A stretch of DNA of 55,628 bases from a virus (lineage: Duplodnaviria > Caudoviricetes). Below, piece by piece: positions 8,875 to 17,795 of this stretch; position 1 is the first letter of the stretch; each line of letters opens with the position of its first letter. The notes beneath the pieces are model-generated. The model searched no databases. It saw only the letters and a list, made by a program, of their open reading frames with translations, and was not told the DNA's origin. A program made the position numbers and the translations under genes. The stretch lies in the IMG/VR virus record IMGVR_UViG_3300049846_001678, positions 1 to 55,628 of that record; one strand, given 5' to 3'.

Positions 8875-9309
8875 CTATTCCTCCCCTTCGTTGGTTAGTT
8901 TAGAAACAATAACAGGGCACTCTTGGGTAACCCTGACAAGACTGTACTCACCTGTCTTTCGTGTCTGTGAATCATCTGTCCAAGTATCGAAATCTGGGCA
9001 ATGAACAGACCCCTCAATGTCCATTGTGCATTTTGTACAAGTCCCTACCTCATCCGATTCCCTATCCAACACAACCTCGCATTCGGTGCAGCGATAGATG
9101 CCTTGGTCTTCCTCATGGCATTTCTTACACCAAAAGGCATCGTAATTAGCATGCCTACCGCAGGACGTACAGACAGCTTCGTCTAAGTAGTCCTCTTCTG
9201 TAGCCAACTTCCAGGCATCATAGGTAGCGAACCTAGGCTGCCTATAAGGGCTACGAACAGGGTTGTCATCGTACTCTTTGTAATCGTCGTATTCCGGTTT
9301 ATAGCTCAT
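8875..9309 (-). CDS. Cys-rich zinc-finger hypothetical protein
   Basis: YDAWKLA motif, four CxxC pairs, G8 RBS. Confidence 0.7.
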   Translation of the reverse strand: MSYKPEYDDYKEYDDNPVRSPYRQPRFATYDAWKLATEEDYLDEAVCTSCGRHANYDAFWCKKCHEEDQGIYRCTECEVVLDRESDEVGTCTKCTMDIEGSVHCPDFDTWTDDSQTRKTGEYSLVRVTQECPVIVSKLTNEGEE

Positions 9310-9369
9310 TTTAATTCCCCCCCCATAATTGGCAGAATAGGTTCCAAGCCTTTCCTGCCGGTTCGTTCG

Positions 9370-9588
9370 CTATTCGTGTTTGCTATTCGCAATTCGCGAA
9401 TTCTGAATGCCCCTCATCGCAGCAAACTCAGCGTCCATCTGAGCCTCTAACGCTTCCCAACGCTTTACCTGCTCACGACAGGCCTGCCTTAGCTCGGCGC
9501 CGATGTGTAGCGCGTCGGCTAATGCACCTTGCGTACGAAGCTCACTATGCCACAGTTCCAGTCTTTCTTGATTCGCTTTCTTGCCCAT
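9370..9588 (-). CDS. Hypothetical protein
   Basis: GGGGGACAAA-ATG at 9588; promoter TTGCAA-16-TATTCT upstream on minus strand. Confidence 0.65.
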   Translation of the reverse strand: MGKKANQERLELWHSELRTQGALADALHIGAELRQACREQVKRWEALEAQMDAEFAAMRGIQNSRIANSKHE

Positions 9589-9707
9589 TTTGTCCCCCTT
9601 TTGAAGATTTATCCTGATCACATTTTTAGAATAGCATTTCGTATCACATTTGCAATGTATGAATTTCCCTACAATGCTGCATACATGTAGCACCTATCAA
9701 ATAATGC

Positions 9708-9737
9708 TTGACACGCGTTTTACTCGCCCTTTATAAC
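9708..9737 (+). promoter_or_regulatory. sigma70-type promoter
   Basis: TTGACA-18-TATAAC; -10 lies within perfect 16-bp palindrome TTATAACTAGTTATAA (9731-9746). Confidence 0.65.
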
Positions 9738-9768
9738 TAGTTATAAGCCAGCCCAATAAACCAATCTA

Positions 9769-9869
9769 ACTTGCCTTTCCGCAGGTGGGGTGAAGGGTGG
9801 GTGGGTAGGATTCCAAGCTAGGCATCCGGCTCCCCTACAAACAAACACCCCACCGGCGGTCAGGCAAGT
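9769..9869 (+). ncRNA. Candidate structured RNA or DNA element (long interrupted hairpin containing a G-quadruplex motif)
   Basis: ACTTGCCT/AGGCAAGT, CCGC/GCGG, GGTGGGGTG/CACCCCACC and GTAGG/CCTAC pairings; lies just downstream of promoter. Confidence 0.45.
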
Positions 9870-9952
9870 AATGTACTAGTTATAACTAAGTAATAACTAA
9901 GTTATAAGGCAAGTATAGATCTTTTTATACAAAAGTAAGAAAAGGGGGCATT

Positions 9953-10204
9953 ATGAAAACAGTACTTGAATTTGATTGCACAGATGTTCAGGAGGAGAGG
10001 CACGCACAGCTCGCCCTAGGTTCGAAGTCAATCGCCCTGTCTATATACGAGTTTAAACTAGAACTTATCAAATGCATGAATGACGGTTTCTGGATGCATA
10101 GAGAGGCAACAGGTGCTGAGAGAGACTTCGCCGAAGAGGTACTTAAGTACTTAAATGAGTGCCTAGATGAGACAGGTTGTAGAAATGCTATAGATGAGTG
10201 CTAG
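9953..10204 (+). CDS. Hypothetical protein
   Basis: GGGGGCA RBS; MKTVLEFD start. Confidence 0.75.
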   Translation: MKTVLEFDCTDVQEERHAQLALGSKSIALSIYEFKLELIKCMNDGFWMHREATGAERDFAEEVLKYLNECLDETGCRNAIDEC

Positions 10205-11347
10205 TACACCATTTTGGTGATAGTAACAAATTGGTCATGTAGAAGTGCAGAAAAGTAGTTAAAAGTAGTGGGCCACTTTTCACCACATTGTCCTACACCA
10301 AGTAATTCCTCGTAACTATTAAGAAATAAGCGTCTATTAGTGCATACAGGGTGCAAGTATCTTACCTTTCCTGACATGTAGTCATGAATCGTTTCGATGA
10401 CTTACCTCACTTATTGTAAAGGGGCTTACAAACTGGACGTAGGACTAGGGGGCTGATGTAGGTGCTTAGGCGCACATACATATCAGTAGTGGCGGGCTTG
10501 CAAGATCCGTACCTGGCATGGTTCTTGACTGGCACGATTATTGATTTGCCTTATAAGGGCAGGCACATGCTAGGCATAGCTAGCATAACACTTGATGTAG
10601 GCAAATTGACTGTAGCGCGTTTAATGCGTTCTAGTGTGGTGGGGAAATACCCTCACTAGGGAAATTGTAGAATTCCACACCTACATGTCAGGTCATGGGG
10701 GATAATAATCAAAGAACGTACTTCCCCCTTCCCCACTATGACTAAGGGTCTACATATATGGATAAGTACGGGTATCTATTAGCCTATTAGTGTCCCCTAT
10801 ATACAATACAGAATAGCATAGTGAATGATTAAATGCAATTGATATAAATCAATAAGTGTAATAAATACATGTAGTTAGATTACCTACATGAATGATATAT
10901 GAATGAATAAACGCATAGAAGGGGGCATGTGGGTTGGTGTAGGGAAATGTGAGAAGATCACACAGGTAGGCTTACATTTGGTGGTAACTACCCTACTTCA
11001 CAAAATTTTCCCATAAATAGACTTGTATACATCTATATACCATGCTAGCATCTAGTATGCATTTACTAGACAACATCATTATTTTAAAAGAGCGTATAAT
11101 AACATCAGGCGGCACACCGGAAGTGCTAGGCCTACCTACCCCTATCGCAGAGCTAGAACTCCTTATACCGCATTTTAAGATTATTGTAATCGACCCCAGA
11201 CTAGAGTCTGACCTTATCTCGATTATGAGTATACGAGACTTTTGTAAATGCATATCGGCCAAGAGAACGGCCAATCAAGTGAGCAGCAAGTAAAAAATAT
11301 CCTACCTCTGACTACACATAACTACATGAAATAATTAAATATTCCTA
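10205..11347. other. AT-rich 1.1 kb non-coding control region (origin or terminus candidate)
   Basis: No convincing ORF; clustered CTACAT/ATGTAG motifs; near transcription divergence point. Confidence 0.5.
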
Positions 11348-11375
11348 TTGACACGCCCCTTAGATGTGATAATAT
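11348..11375 (+). promoter_or_regulatory. sigma70-type early promoter
   Basis: TTGACA-16-TAATAT before GGAGGGG RBS. Confidence 0.65.
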
Positions 11376-11398
11376 TTATTTATACCAGGAGGGGACAC

Positions 11399-11896
11399 AT
11401 GACTTGGACACTGGACAAAGAGGAAAGTAAAAAAGGTGAACGAAAATGGGTCGTAGAGACACCTTTACACGATGTTGTTGTTCGCTGCCAAATTCCCACC
11501 GAAGAGAGGGCCGATGAATGGGGTTTTGAAGGGGAGGAGCGGGCTACCTATCTCGCCAAGAAGGCGGAGTGGACTGTGTCGGAGTACGGGGGGTATTGCT
11601 CCACACTCGCTGAGGGTACCCGTAAGGACGTTAGAGCGTACCTCGCTTCGATGCAAGAGGCGGGGGAGCGTTTTAAACGTGCGGTTATGTTAGCCGATAA
11701 GCACTTAACCGCGTGTGTAGCAGTATTTGAAAAGAACGGTATAGACCTACCGGACTGGGTAGGCAAACTAAACATGTCGGTGCGGGATTGTTTTGAGTAT
11801 AAACACACTAGCGAAGATTACTACCCGGAGGTTTTCGATACTGTCGCTAAGGAGTTTGAGATAGAGCCAGAAGACCTGAGTGAAAAATATCGGTAA
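11399..11896 (+). CDS. Hypothetical early protein
   Basis: AGGAGGGGACAC-ATG at 11399. Confidence 0.8.
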   Translation: MTWTLDKEESKKGERKWVVETPLHDVVVRCQIPTEERADEWGFEGEERATYLAKKAEWTVSEYGGYCSTLAEGTRKDVRAYLASMQEAGERFKRAVMLADKHLTACVAVFEKNGIDLPDWVGKLNMSVRDCFEYKHTSEDYYPEVFDTVAKEFEIEPEDLSEKYR

Positions 11897-11907
11897 GGGG
11901 GCACACA

Positions 11908-12213
11908 ATGACGCAGATATTACGTACATCCAATAAAGACCTGAATCGCGTCGCAGCCTGGGGTGCTGAAGATGGCGCCAAAGGTCGTTATACCTTCGAG
12001 GAGTTTTGTGACGAGTTCCCGACATTCGTGGCGCATATAGATGAATACTCGGATGCAGCAGTTATGTGGTCCGCTTACCTGTTTGATTTTGTATGGGCAA
12101 AAAAGGAGGCGGACAGGCGAGCCGTTGCGCGTATCCGCAGTAGGCGATATGCCGCGAAGAAACGCGAGGCATGCCGTAGCCTCTTGTCTAAATTCTATTC
12201 ATGGTGCCGGTAA
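11908..12213 (+). CDS. Hypothetical protein
   Basis: GGGGGCACAC RBS. Confidence 0.7.
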   Translation: MTQILRTSNKDLNRVAAWGAEDGAKGRYTFEEFCDEFPTFVAHIDEYSDAAVMWSAYLFDFVWAKKEADRRAVARIRSRRYAAKKREACRSLLSKFYSWCR

Positions 12214-12235
12214 CAACGAACACAGGAGGGGGGGC

Positions 12236-12466
12236 ATGAAAACGCTAAAGCAAATACAGTTAGAGAACGATGTTTACGACTTACGGGAAAAGAATAGGGA
12301 ACTGCTCGGGCAGAACCGTTACTTGAAGGCTAAGCTGAGCGAGGCGTCAAAATTGCTGGGGCTGTACAAATCACGCCTACAGGCTGCGGAGGACCGAATC
12401 TATTCTTATGAGGGGCAGATGGATGTTAAGGATCCGGTTTTCGACCCCTGGGGGAGCGTTCGATGA
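12236..12466 (+). CDS. Coiled-coil hypothetical protein
   Basis: AGGAGGGGGGG RBS before ATG 12236; heptad pattern. Confidence 0.7.
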   Translation: MKTLKQIQLENDVYDLREKNRELLGQNRYLKAKLSEASKLLGLYKSRLQAAEDRIYSYEGQMDVKDPVFDPWGSVR

Positions 12467-12819
12467 TTCCTACATACCTACAGGCAACAGACCTGGACAC
12501 GAGTCAGGAAGTGGGGCGCGCTCTGGCCAATATTAAGGCGGGTTGGGGGGTTTTCAATATCGACCCAAAGAGACCCTTCGACGAGGTGTTTGACATGTGT
12601 TTTCGGCGGGCTTCCGGGGAGGCTTACCACAGCATCGCCGACGACTACGACCTGTCCACCGAGCGAGTGCGCCAGATTGTGCTGAAGTTCAATCAGAAGC
12701 TATGGAACCATGTTCAAAAGCTCAGAAAGGAATCCCCGGAAACCTTGGCGACGAGACGACGTGTGGTCGCGCGTCGTATTACTGGACAGCGACGGGCAGT
12801 TGATCAAAGAGCGCGATGA
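12463..12819 (+). CDS. Sigma-70 region-4-like HTH protein
   Basis: GEAYHSIADDYDLSTERVRQI matches the sigma r4 T..EI....STERVRQI pattern. Confidence 0.7.
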   Translation: MIPTYLQATDLDTSQEVGRALANIKAGWGVFNIDPKRPFDEVFDMCFRRASGEAYHSIADDYDLSTERVRQIVLKFNQKLWNHVQKLRKESPETLATRRRVVARRITGQRRAVDQRAR

Positions 12820-12882
12820 GGTTGAGAGGGCGCGCGGGATTATTGAGGGTGTGTTTGCGGAATTGAAACGAAAGGCGGAGCT

Positions 12883-13074
12883 ATGAAACTAACCGACGAA
12901 CAACTAAGCCTACTCCTCGGCGATCAGGACGATGGTATCCTGATTTGCTATTTATACAATAGCGTCTGGGATTTCCTAGACAGCTACGACATCTTTCCGG
13001 CGGGGCTTCCTTACAGATGGCACTGGACCGTCGACGAATTCCTGCGCGAGCTGGAGAAAGTGGGGGTGGCGTGA
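12883..13074 (+). CDS. Hypothetical protein
   Basis: GGCGGAG RBS, operon packing. Confidence 0.6.
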   Translation: MKLTDEQLSLLLGDQDDGILICYLYNSVWDFLDSYDIFPAGLPYRWHWTVDEFLRELEKVGVA

Positions 13075-13268
13075 TGATTAATTTACTACAAATACTTTTC
13101 TCCTCGGCAGCGTGTGGGGTGACCGCCTACGCTCTGAGTCAATGGGGCGATGGGTCTAGTTCAATAGGATTTTCACTTTTTGTTGTACCCGTGTTCGTTA
13201 TTGCCTCATCGGCACTTTGTTGCGTGGCTCGAGAGTACAAGAAAGATGCCAAGAAAGAAGCAAAATGA
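13074..13268 (+). CDS. Small two-TM membrane protein
   Basis: Two hydrophobic segments, basic tail; GGGGG RBS. Confidence 0.6.
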   Translation: MINLLQILFSSAACGVTAYALSQWGDGSSSIGFSLFVVPVFVIASSALCCVAREYKKDAKKEAK

Positions 13269-13362
13269 AACTCTGTAAGCAAGCCATTGGCGCATTAATA
13301 TTGCTTTCGGCAACGTGCATGACCTTGCATTTGCTAATTAGCTGCATGGAGTGGATTAAAAA

Positions 13363-13620
13363 ATGACCTGCAAGACGTGTGATGGTAACCGCCCGGTCGT
13401 AATAGAAACACACGGCAACGGAGACGTGGATGAGTGGCCCTGTCCCGACTGCTCTGTGCCGAGTTACAAGGCGGAGCTAGACGGTGAAAGCGGGAAGTGC
13501 GCGACGTGTGGCGGGAGTGGCCGAAACTACCGTTACTTTGACGCGAAACACGTCTCCAAGGAAACCCGTCCCGCATGGTGTCCGCTGCCGGTGAAAGTGG
13601 AGGTTGAAAAAGAAAAATAA
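13363..13620 (+). CDS. DnaJ-type zinc-finger-like small protein
   Basis: CKTCDG, CPDC, CATCGGSG, PAWCPL. Confidence 0.6.
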   Translation: MTCKTCDGNRPVVIETHGNGDVDEWPCPDCSVPSYKAELDGESGKCATCGGSGRNYRYFDAKHVSKETRPAWCPLPVKVEVEKEK

Positions 13621-13630
13621 AATATCTGCC

Positions 13631-13659
13631 TTGACAGGGGTTGTATACCGCTGTATAAC
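13631..13659 (+). promoter_or_regulatory. sigma70-type promoter
   Basis: TTGACA-17-TATAAC. Confidence 0.7.
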
Positions 13660-13680
13660 ATAATTATCGGGGGTTGTAAT

Positions 13681-13875
13681 ATGCGATCTGAAATTATCTA
13701 CAGAGCCTACGACGAGGACGGAAACTACACCGAAGTCCAAACCCATCCGGATAACGAACGGGGTTATGTTCTTGTTACAGAGCACTATGCTTCGGGGGCT
13801 AAGCATAGCGAGCTTTCGATGACTAAAGAACATGCCCAATGGTTGAGTGACGTGTTGAGTAAGTTATCGTGTTAG
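13681..13875 (+). CDS. Hypothetical protein
   Basis: GGGGGTTGT RBS downstream of promoter. Confidence 0.7.
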   Translation: MRSEIIYRAYDEDGNYTEVQTHPDNERGYVLVTEHYASGAKHSELSMTKEHAQWLSDVLSKLSC

Positions 13876-13942
13876 AGGCAATAATTTGTTTCTACGATTT
13901 CGTTGCCTTATTGGGGGCATTTTACTGGGAGGAATTCTTATT

Positions 13943-14173
13943 ATGGCTAAGCAAAATTACATAACAGTGTGGCCGTTCGATGCTGCACCTAAGAAGTACA
14001 AAGAGAGGTCACAGAACGGGGGCGACGAGGATTGGGTGGCACTGGTACCAGATGCTATCTATAGGGCGAATGGGAAGTACATTAACTGGATAGAGGGCGG
14101 GTCGTTTGGGTGCTGCACTGTCGAAGTTTATAAAATTAAAGGGGCGGTCCTTTTTATCGGGTGTCACGCATGA
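13943..14173 (+). CDS. Hypothetical protein
   Basis: GGGAGG RBS before MAKQ; GGDEDWVALVP, FGCC, GCHA. Confidence 0.65.
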   Translation: MAKQNYITVWPFDAAPKKYKERSQNGGDEDWVALVPDAIYRANGKYINWIEGGSFGCCTVEVYKIKGAVLFIGCHA

Positions 14174-14428
14174 AATCGGATGAAAGACAGATATTGTCGG
14201 ACGAAAGAGATAGACTCGCTGGGAGGGTGCAAGACTTGCTAGCCCGTAATTCGAGGTTAGAGGCGGACTTAGCGGACGCCCAAAACGATGCGACGAGGCA
14301 CGCGAACTGGCAGAGTTCTTTCGGGGTTATTACCTAGACGCGGTATGTTGTGGATGCGCTCAAGACCGGGAACTGCCGGGAAGTCTTGTCGGACTAAAGT
14401 CTTATTTTTTACCTTGGGAGGACGGAAA

Positions 14429-14647
14429 ATGAGATTCGCATGGTTTCTGTTATTAGCGTCGTGCACTTCCGTTTCTTTACGAAACGGCATGGGATACGAA
14501 ATTCGTGACACGGATCGTCAGAGTGCGTCCGTCGGGGTCGGTGTCGGACTGTCGACGAACACACGACTGTCGTGTGATGCCCGGCTAAGAACTCCGGAAG
14601 AGTTGGGGATTTTTTGTGGCTCGGAAATTACACTGTGGAAGAAATAG
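14429..14647 (+). CDS. Small beta-rich lipoprotein
   Basis: GGAGG RBS; MRFAWFLLLASC lipobox; amphipathic strands. Confidence 0.65.
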   Translation: MRFAWFLLLASCTSVSLRNGMGYEIRDTDRQSASVGVGVGLSTNTRLSCDARLRTPEELGIFCGSEITLWKK

Positions 14648-14656
14648 AGGACTTTG

Positions 14657-14917
14657 ATGAAAAAGAAGCGCGGTAACACAAAGAAACAGGTTGCTGAAAC
14701 ACGAAAGCAGATGGAAACAAACATCTTCCGTCTTTTAACCTACAAACAGATTGAAGCCGTGATGACACCGGAGGCCTTCGATGCGTTCTGTAGTTGGATG
14801 CGGGGGCAGACTTGTATGTTGGACGAGAACGGCGAGTGTTTGGTTTACCCATGGGATCTCGAACGTTGGGTGCATGGGGGCATTAGACGTCAGCAAACAT
14901 TAGCAGAATGGGACTGA
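14657..14917 (+). CDS. Hypothetical protein
   Basis: GAGG RBS; WMRGQT...YPWDLERW. Confidence 0.65.
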   Translation: MKKKRGNTKKQVAETRKQMETNIFRLLTYKQIEAVMTPEAFDAFCSWMRGQTCMLDENGECLVYPWDLERWVHGGIRRQQTLAEWD

Positions 14918-14940
14918 GTCCAATTTCACCGGGGTGTACT

Positions 14941-15141
14941 ATGTCAGATAAAGAGCGTAGGGTTTATAAATACCAGATCTTTCCCTGCAAGGGCGGGTAC
15001 TTGCTCAATACACACTTTTCGGCGACTCATGTGGAATCCGAGGTTATTGTGAGCGGCATGACTCTGCTGACGAAGATTGCCCATCTCGAGGGGCTTTTGG
15101 ATGACGACGCATGGGAACCGAAATCGGAGCCGTTATCATGA
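14941..15141 (+). CDS. Hypothetical protein
   Basis: GGGG RBS before ATG 14941. Confidence 0.55.
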   Translation: MSDKERRVYKYQIFPCKGGYLLNTHFSATHVESEVIVSGMTLLTKIAHLEGLLDDDAWEPKSEPLS

Positions 15142-15268
15142 GTCGGTATGTGCCTCCAACTGTATTTCCGCATCACTGCCGCTGTTGTGGGAAGGGGTTT
15201 AAGAGACCCCCAGGGGTGCAGAGAATATTATGTGTATCTTGTTTTATGGAACATAAAAGGGGAAATAA

Positions 15269-15511
15269 ATGCCATACGTCAAACCAGATCGTAGATCAGC
15301 CAAAATTGGAGAGTTTGCAACTGACAGCGAGGGAGACCTTAACTACCACATTACCCGAGCCTGTCAGGTCTTTATCGCCAAACACGGACGGTCCTATGCC
15401 TCCTTCAATGCGGTTGTTGGTGTTTTAGAGTGTGCTAAGTTGGAATTTTATAGGCGTGCCGTAGCGGCATACGAGGACACGAAAATCGCCGAAAACGGGG
15501 ATGTTTACTGA
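15269..15511 (+). CDS. Conserved phage protein (DUF6899-like)
   Basis: MPY...GDLNY.IT...GVLECAKLEFYRR...YED.KI.ENGDVY pattern. Confidence 0.75.
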   Translation: MPYVKPDRRSAKIGEFATDSEGDLNYHITRACQVFIAKHGRSYASFNAVVGVLECAKLEFYRRAVAAYEDTKIAENGDVY

Positions 15512-16077
15512 TGATTTGGTTTACGGCAGATACACATTTTGGGCATGACAACATTATTCGTTCCTGTAACAGGCCCTTCGCCTCGGTGGAGGAGCAGGAC
15601 GAGACCCTAATTCAGAACTGGAATAGCCGAGTCTGCAAAACCGATCATGTATACCATTTAGGCGACTTCGCGTTCCGTAACGCAAAAGGCGTAAACATTT
15701 ACGCAAGAAGGCTAAACGGAAAGATTCATATTATTCAGGGGAATCACGACAAACAGTTTTCGCCGGAGTTCTTCACCATACTTGGGCACTATCATGTATT
15801 GAAGGGGCACATTTACGGTAAGGGGCCGGACGATCCTCAGCTTATTGTCCTCTGTCATTATCCGTTTAGCAGTTGGGCGAGCGCGTATCACGGCAGTTGG
15901 CATCTATTTGGGCATGTGCACGGGCGCTCGGCGCCGTACGATAAGGACTCCTTGCGCATGGACGTGGGCGTTGACTGCAACAACTTTGCGCCGATTTCCT
16001 ATGAAGAGGTTAAGGCTAAGATGCTGGCCAAGAATTGGCAAAAAGGTAGCAAAGACGGTACGTTTCCGACAACGTAA
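15511..16077 (+). CDS. Calcineurin-like metallophosphoesterase
   Basis: DTHFGH, HLGDF, GNHD, LCHYP, GHVH, DVGVD. Confidence 0.93.
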   Translation: MIWFTADTHFGHDNIIRSCNRPFASVEEQDETLIQNWNSRVCKTDHVYHLGDFAFRNAKGVNIYARRLNGKIHIIQGNHDKQFSPEFFTILGHYHVLKGHIYGKGPDDPQLIVLCHYPFSSWASAYHGSWHLFGHVHGRSAPYDKDSLRMDVGVDCNNFAPISYEEVKAKMLAKNWQKGSKDGTFPTT

Positions 16078-16085
16078 AATATACT

Positions 16086-16652
16086 TTGCGAAAAAGGGCT
16101 TTAGTGAGAACTATATATTACATCAATTTGACGAACGGACTCGGCCATCTCTACACCCGTGAAGAATTAGACTTGGCGCGGTTTGTGCGTATCCAATCGT
16201 CGCACCTAGAGGCAAAAGCCTTCCATAAGGTCCTATACGGAATCGGGCACGATCTACCTCTGCAACTGGCGCTCGGCAACGACTGTGTTGTATTGGATAA
16301 ATGCCACAATCGACATCGAGATAACTACAGCAGGGCTTTGTGGCAGGGCATTCCGTGGATTACGTACGTTCTGGAGAGGGCTTGGGGGCTTAAACACTCG
16401 TGGCAAGAGTGTCGTGGGCACGCCTGCAAGGCGTTTTTTGCGGAAATGTTGCGTAAGAAGGCTTGTTATGAGCCTTTTGAGCAACTTAAATATTTTAGGA
16501 AATTCCTAAATACCGAAACCGTGAACTTATATATGCGAACCGGTTTGACCGGGTGCGATGGGGACTATCAGTACTGGCGTGATCATCTAATTTCACTAAA
16601 TAGGGGGCTAAATGAACTCAAAACAACGCAGAAAAAGACGACGATTACCTAA
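16086..16652 (+). CDS. Hypothetical phage protein
   Basis: INLTNG, VRIQSSHLE, SRALWQG; start uncertain (GTG 16104 possible). Confidence 0.7.
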   Translation: MRKRALVRTIYYINLTNGLGHLYTREELDLARFVRIQSSHLEAKAFHKVLYGIGHDLPLQLALGNDCVVLDKCHNRHRDNYSRALWQGIPWITYVLERAWGLKHSWQECRGHACKAFFAEMLRKKACYEPFEQLKYFRKFLNTETVNLYMRTGLTGCDGDYQYWRDHLISLNRGLNELKTTQKKTTIT

Positions 16653-16824
16653 AAAAGAGGCCTTTTTACAGAGGGTGCGCGAACAGAAGGAAAATGGCAA
16701 CAAAATCAAGCCATTAAGCGCGCGCGGGGATAGTATTTTAACCAATAGAGCGGTCATGTTAGACTATCTACTGGGGTCAACTTATGGCAAAGAACAGCTT
16801 TTCGACATTAGACCAACATGTTAG
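16612..16824 (+). CDS. Basic hypothetical protein
   Basis: GGGGG RBS; MNSKQRRKRRR. Confidence 0.55.
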   Translation: MNSKQRRKRRRLPKKEAFLQRVREQKENGNKIKPLSARGDSILTNRAVMLDYLLGSTYGKEQLFDIRPTC

Positions 16825-17527
16825 ACGTTTTACCGGCCTACATGTCCTCGATCCGGGTATTTACTGCGCCACCTTTGGCAGCAGTTTTGATATGGCGATG
16901 ACAATGTGGCGAGTACAGGAGACGTTTGAGAGCCAGTACTCGGAGGAGTGTGAAGGGAAGCCCGTTCTGGTCGACTTTATGGAGTGGTATAGCAAAAACT
17001 ACGGCGATCAGTCGTATAGCTATACTGACGACTTCCACGGGTTCAATGTCAGTAAGGCGGCGATAGAGGGAGCCTACACCGATCGTGCTGCAATAAAGGA
17101 TTTTAACCGGTACGATGCGTTGCTTTGTAGCTTATGGGATACAATTAAGGCAAATGAGTCTGGAGACGATTACTTTTTAATGGGCGTACTGGACGGGGAC
17201 CACGAGACGCTGGAGCACGAGCTGGCACACTGTTATTTTTCCTTGGACGACGATTTTCGGAATAAACAGGCCCAAAATGTCAGGAATTTGGGAAAAAAAG
17301 CGGTCAAAATGTACGATGTTTTGACAAACATGGGGTATGCCAGCAGCGTTGTTGTCGACGAAACGCAGGCGTATCTTTCGACCGGATTGACCGACAAGAT
17401 GCGTAAGAAGCTCGGTAATAAGTTTGATAAGCTTTGTAAACCGTTCTCGGAGACTTTCTACGATCGCTTGAAGGGGACAAAAGCGGAGAAATTTGTCGAA
17501 GATTGGAAAAAGAGGGTTGACGATTAG
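16784..17527 (+). CDS. HExxH zinc-dependent hypothetical protein
   Basis: RVQETFES, FHGFN, HELAH, DETQAY. Confidence 0.7.
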   Translation: MAKNSFSTLDQHVRRFTGLHVLDPGIYCATFGSSFDMAMTMWRVQETFESQYSEECEGKPVLVDFMEWYSKNYGDQSYSYTDDFHGFNVSKAAIEGAYTDRAAIKDFNRYDALLCSLWDTIKANESGDDYFLMGVLDGDHETLEHELAHCYFSLDDDFRNKQAQNVRNLGKKAVKMYDVLTNMGYASSVVVDETQAYLSTGLTDKMRKKLGNKFDKLCKPFSETFYDRLKGTKAEKFVEDWKKRVDD

Positions 17528-17544
17528 GCGCGTACGTGTACAAT
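17517..17544 (+). promoter_or_regulatory. sigma70-type promoter
   Basis: TTGACG-16-TACAAT. Confidence 0.55.
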
Positions 17545-17559
17545 TGTAGTGGGGGCAAA

Positions 17560-17781
17560 ATGAAAATTAAGAAACACGTTGAGTATAGCGCAGTCTACCC
17601 GGAAGATGCCCCCCGTGTTCGTGTCCGCCTAAGTTCAGACGATATGGTTACAATCACACTAGCCCCGAATTCGATTGCCCAGAGAACCGTCGATTTGCCG
17701 TATGAGGCTATTGAACTGGCAATGCGCCTGAAGTTGAAGGTGCAAGACTTAGACCCGGAAAACTGTTATATTAAGCGATAA
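17560..17781 (+). CDS. Hypothetical protein
   Basis: GGGGGCAAA-ATG at 17560. Confidence 0.65.
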   Translation: MKIKKHVEYSAVYPEDAPRVRVRLSSDDMVTITLAPNSIAQRTVDLPYEAIELAMRLKLKVQDLDPENCYIKR

Positions 17782-17795
17782 TAAGGAGAATTACC

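Noticed and set aside
10462-11293. ORFs 10462-10659, 10993-11274 and 11042-11293
   Set aside because: No RBS, atypical composition, mutually antisense; probably spurious
9700-11347. CRISPR mini-array or tRNA cluster in the non-coding region
   Set aside because: No regularly spaced 25-40 nt repeats and no cloverleaf with T-loop/CCA recognised by eye; tRNAscan-SE was not run
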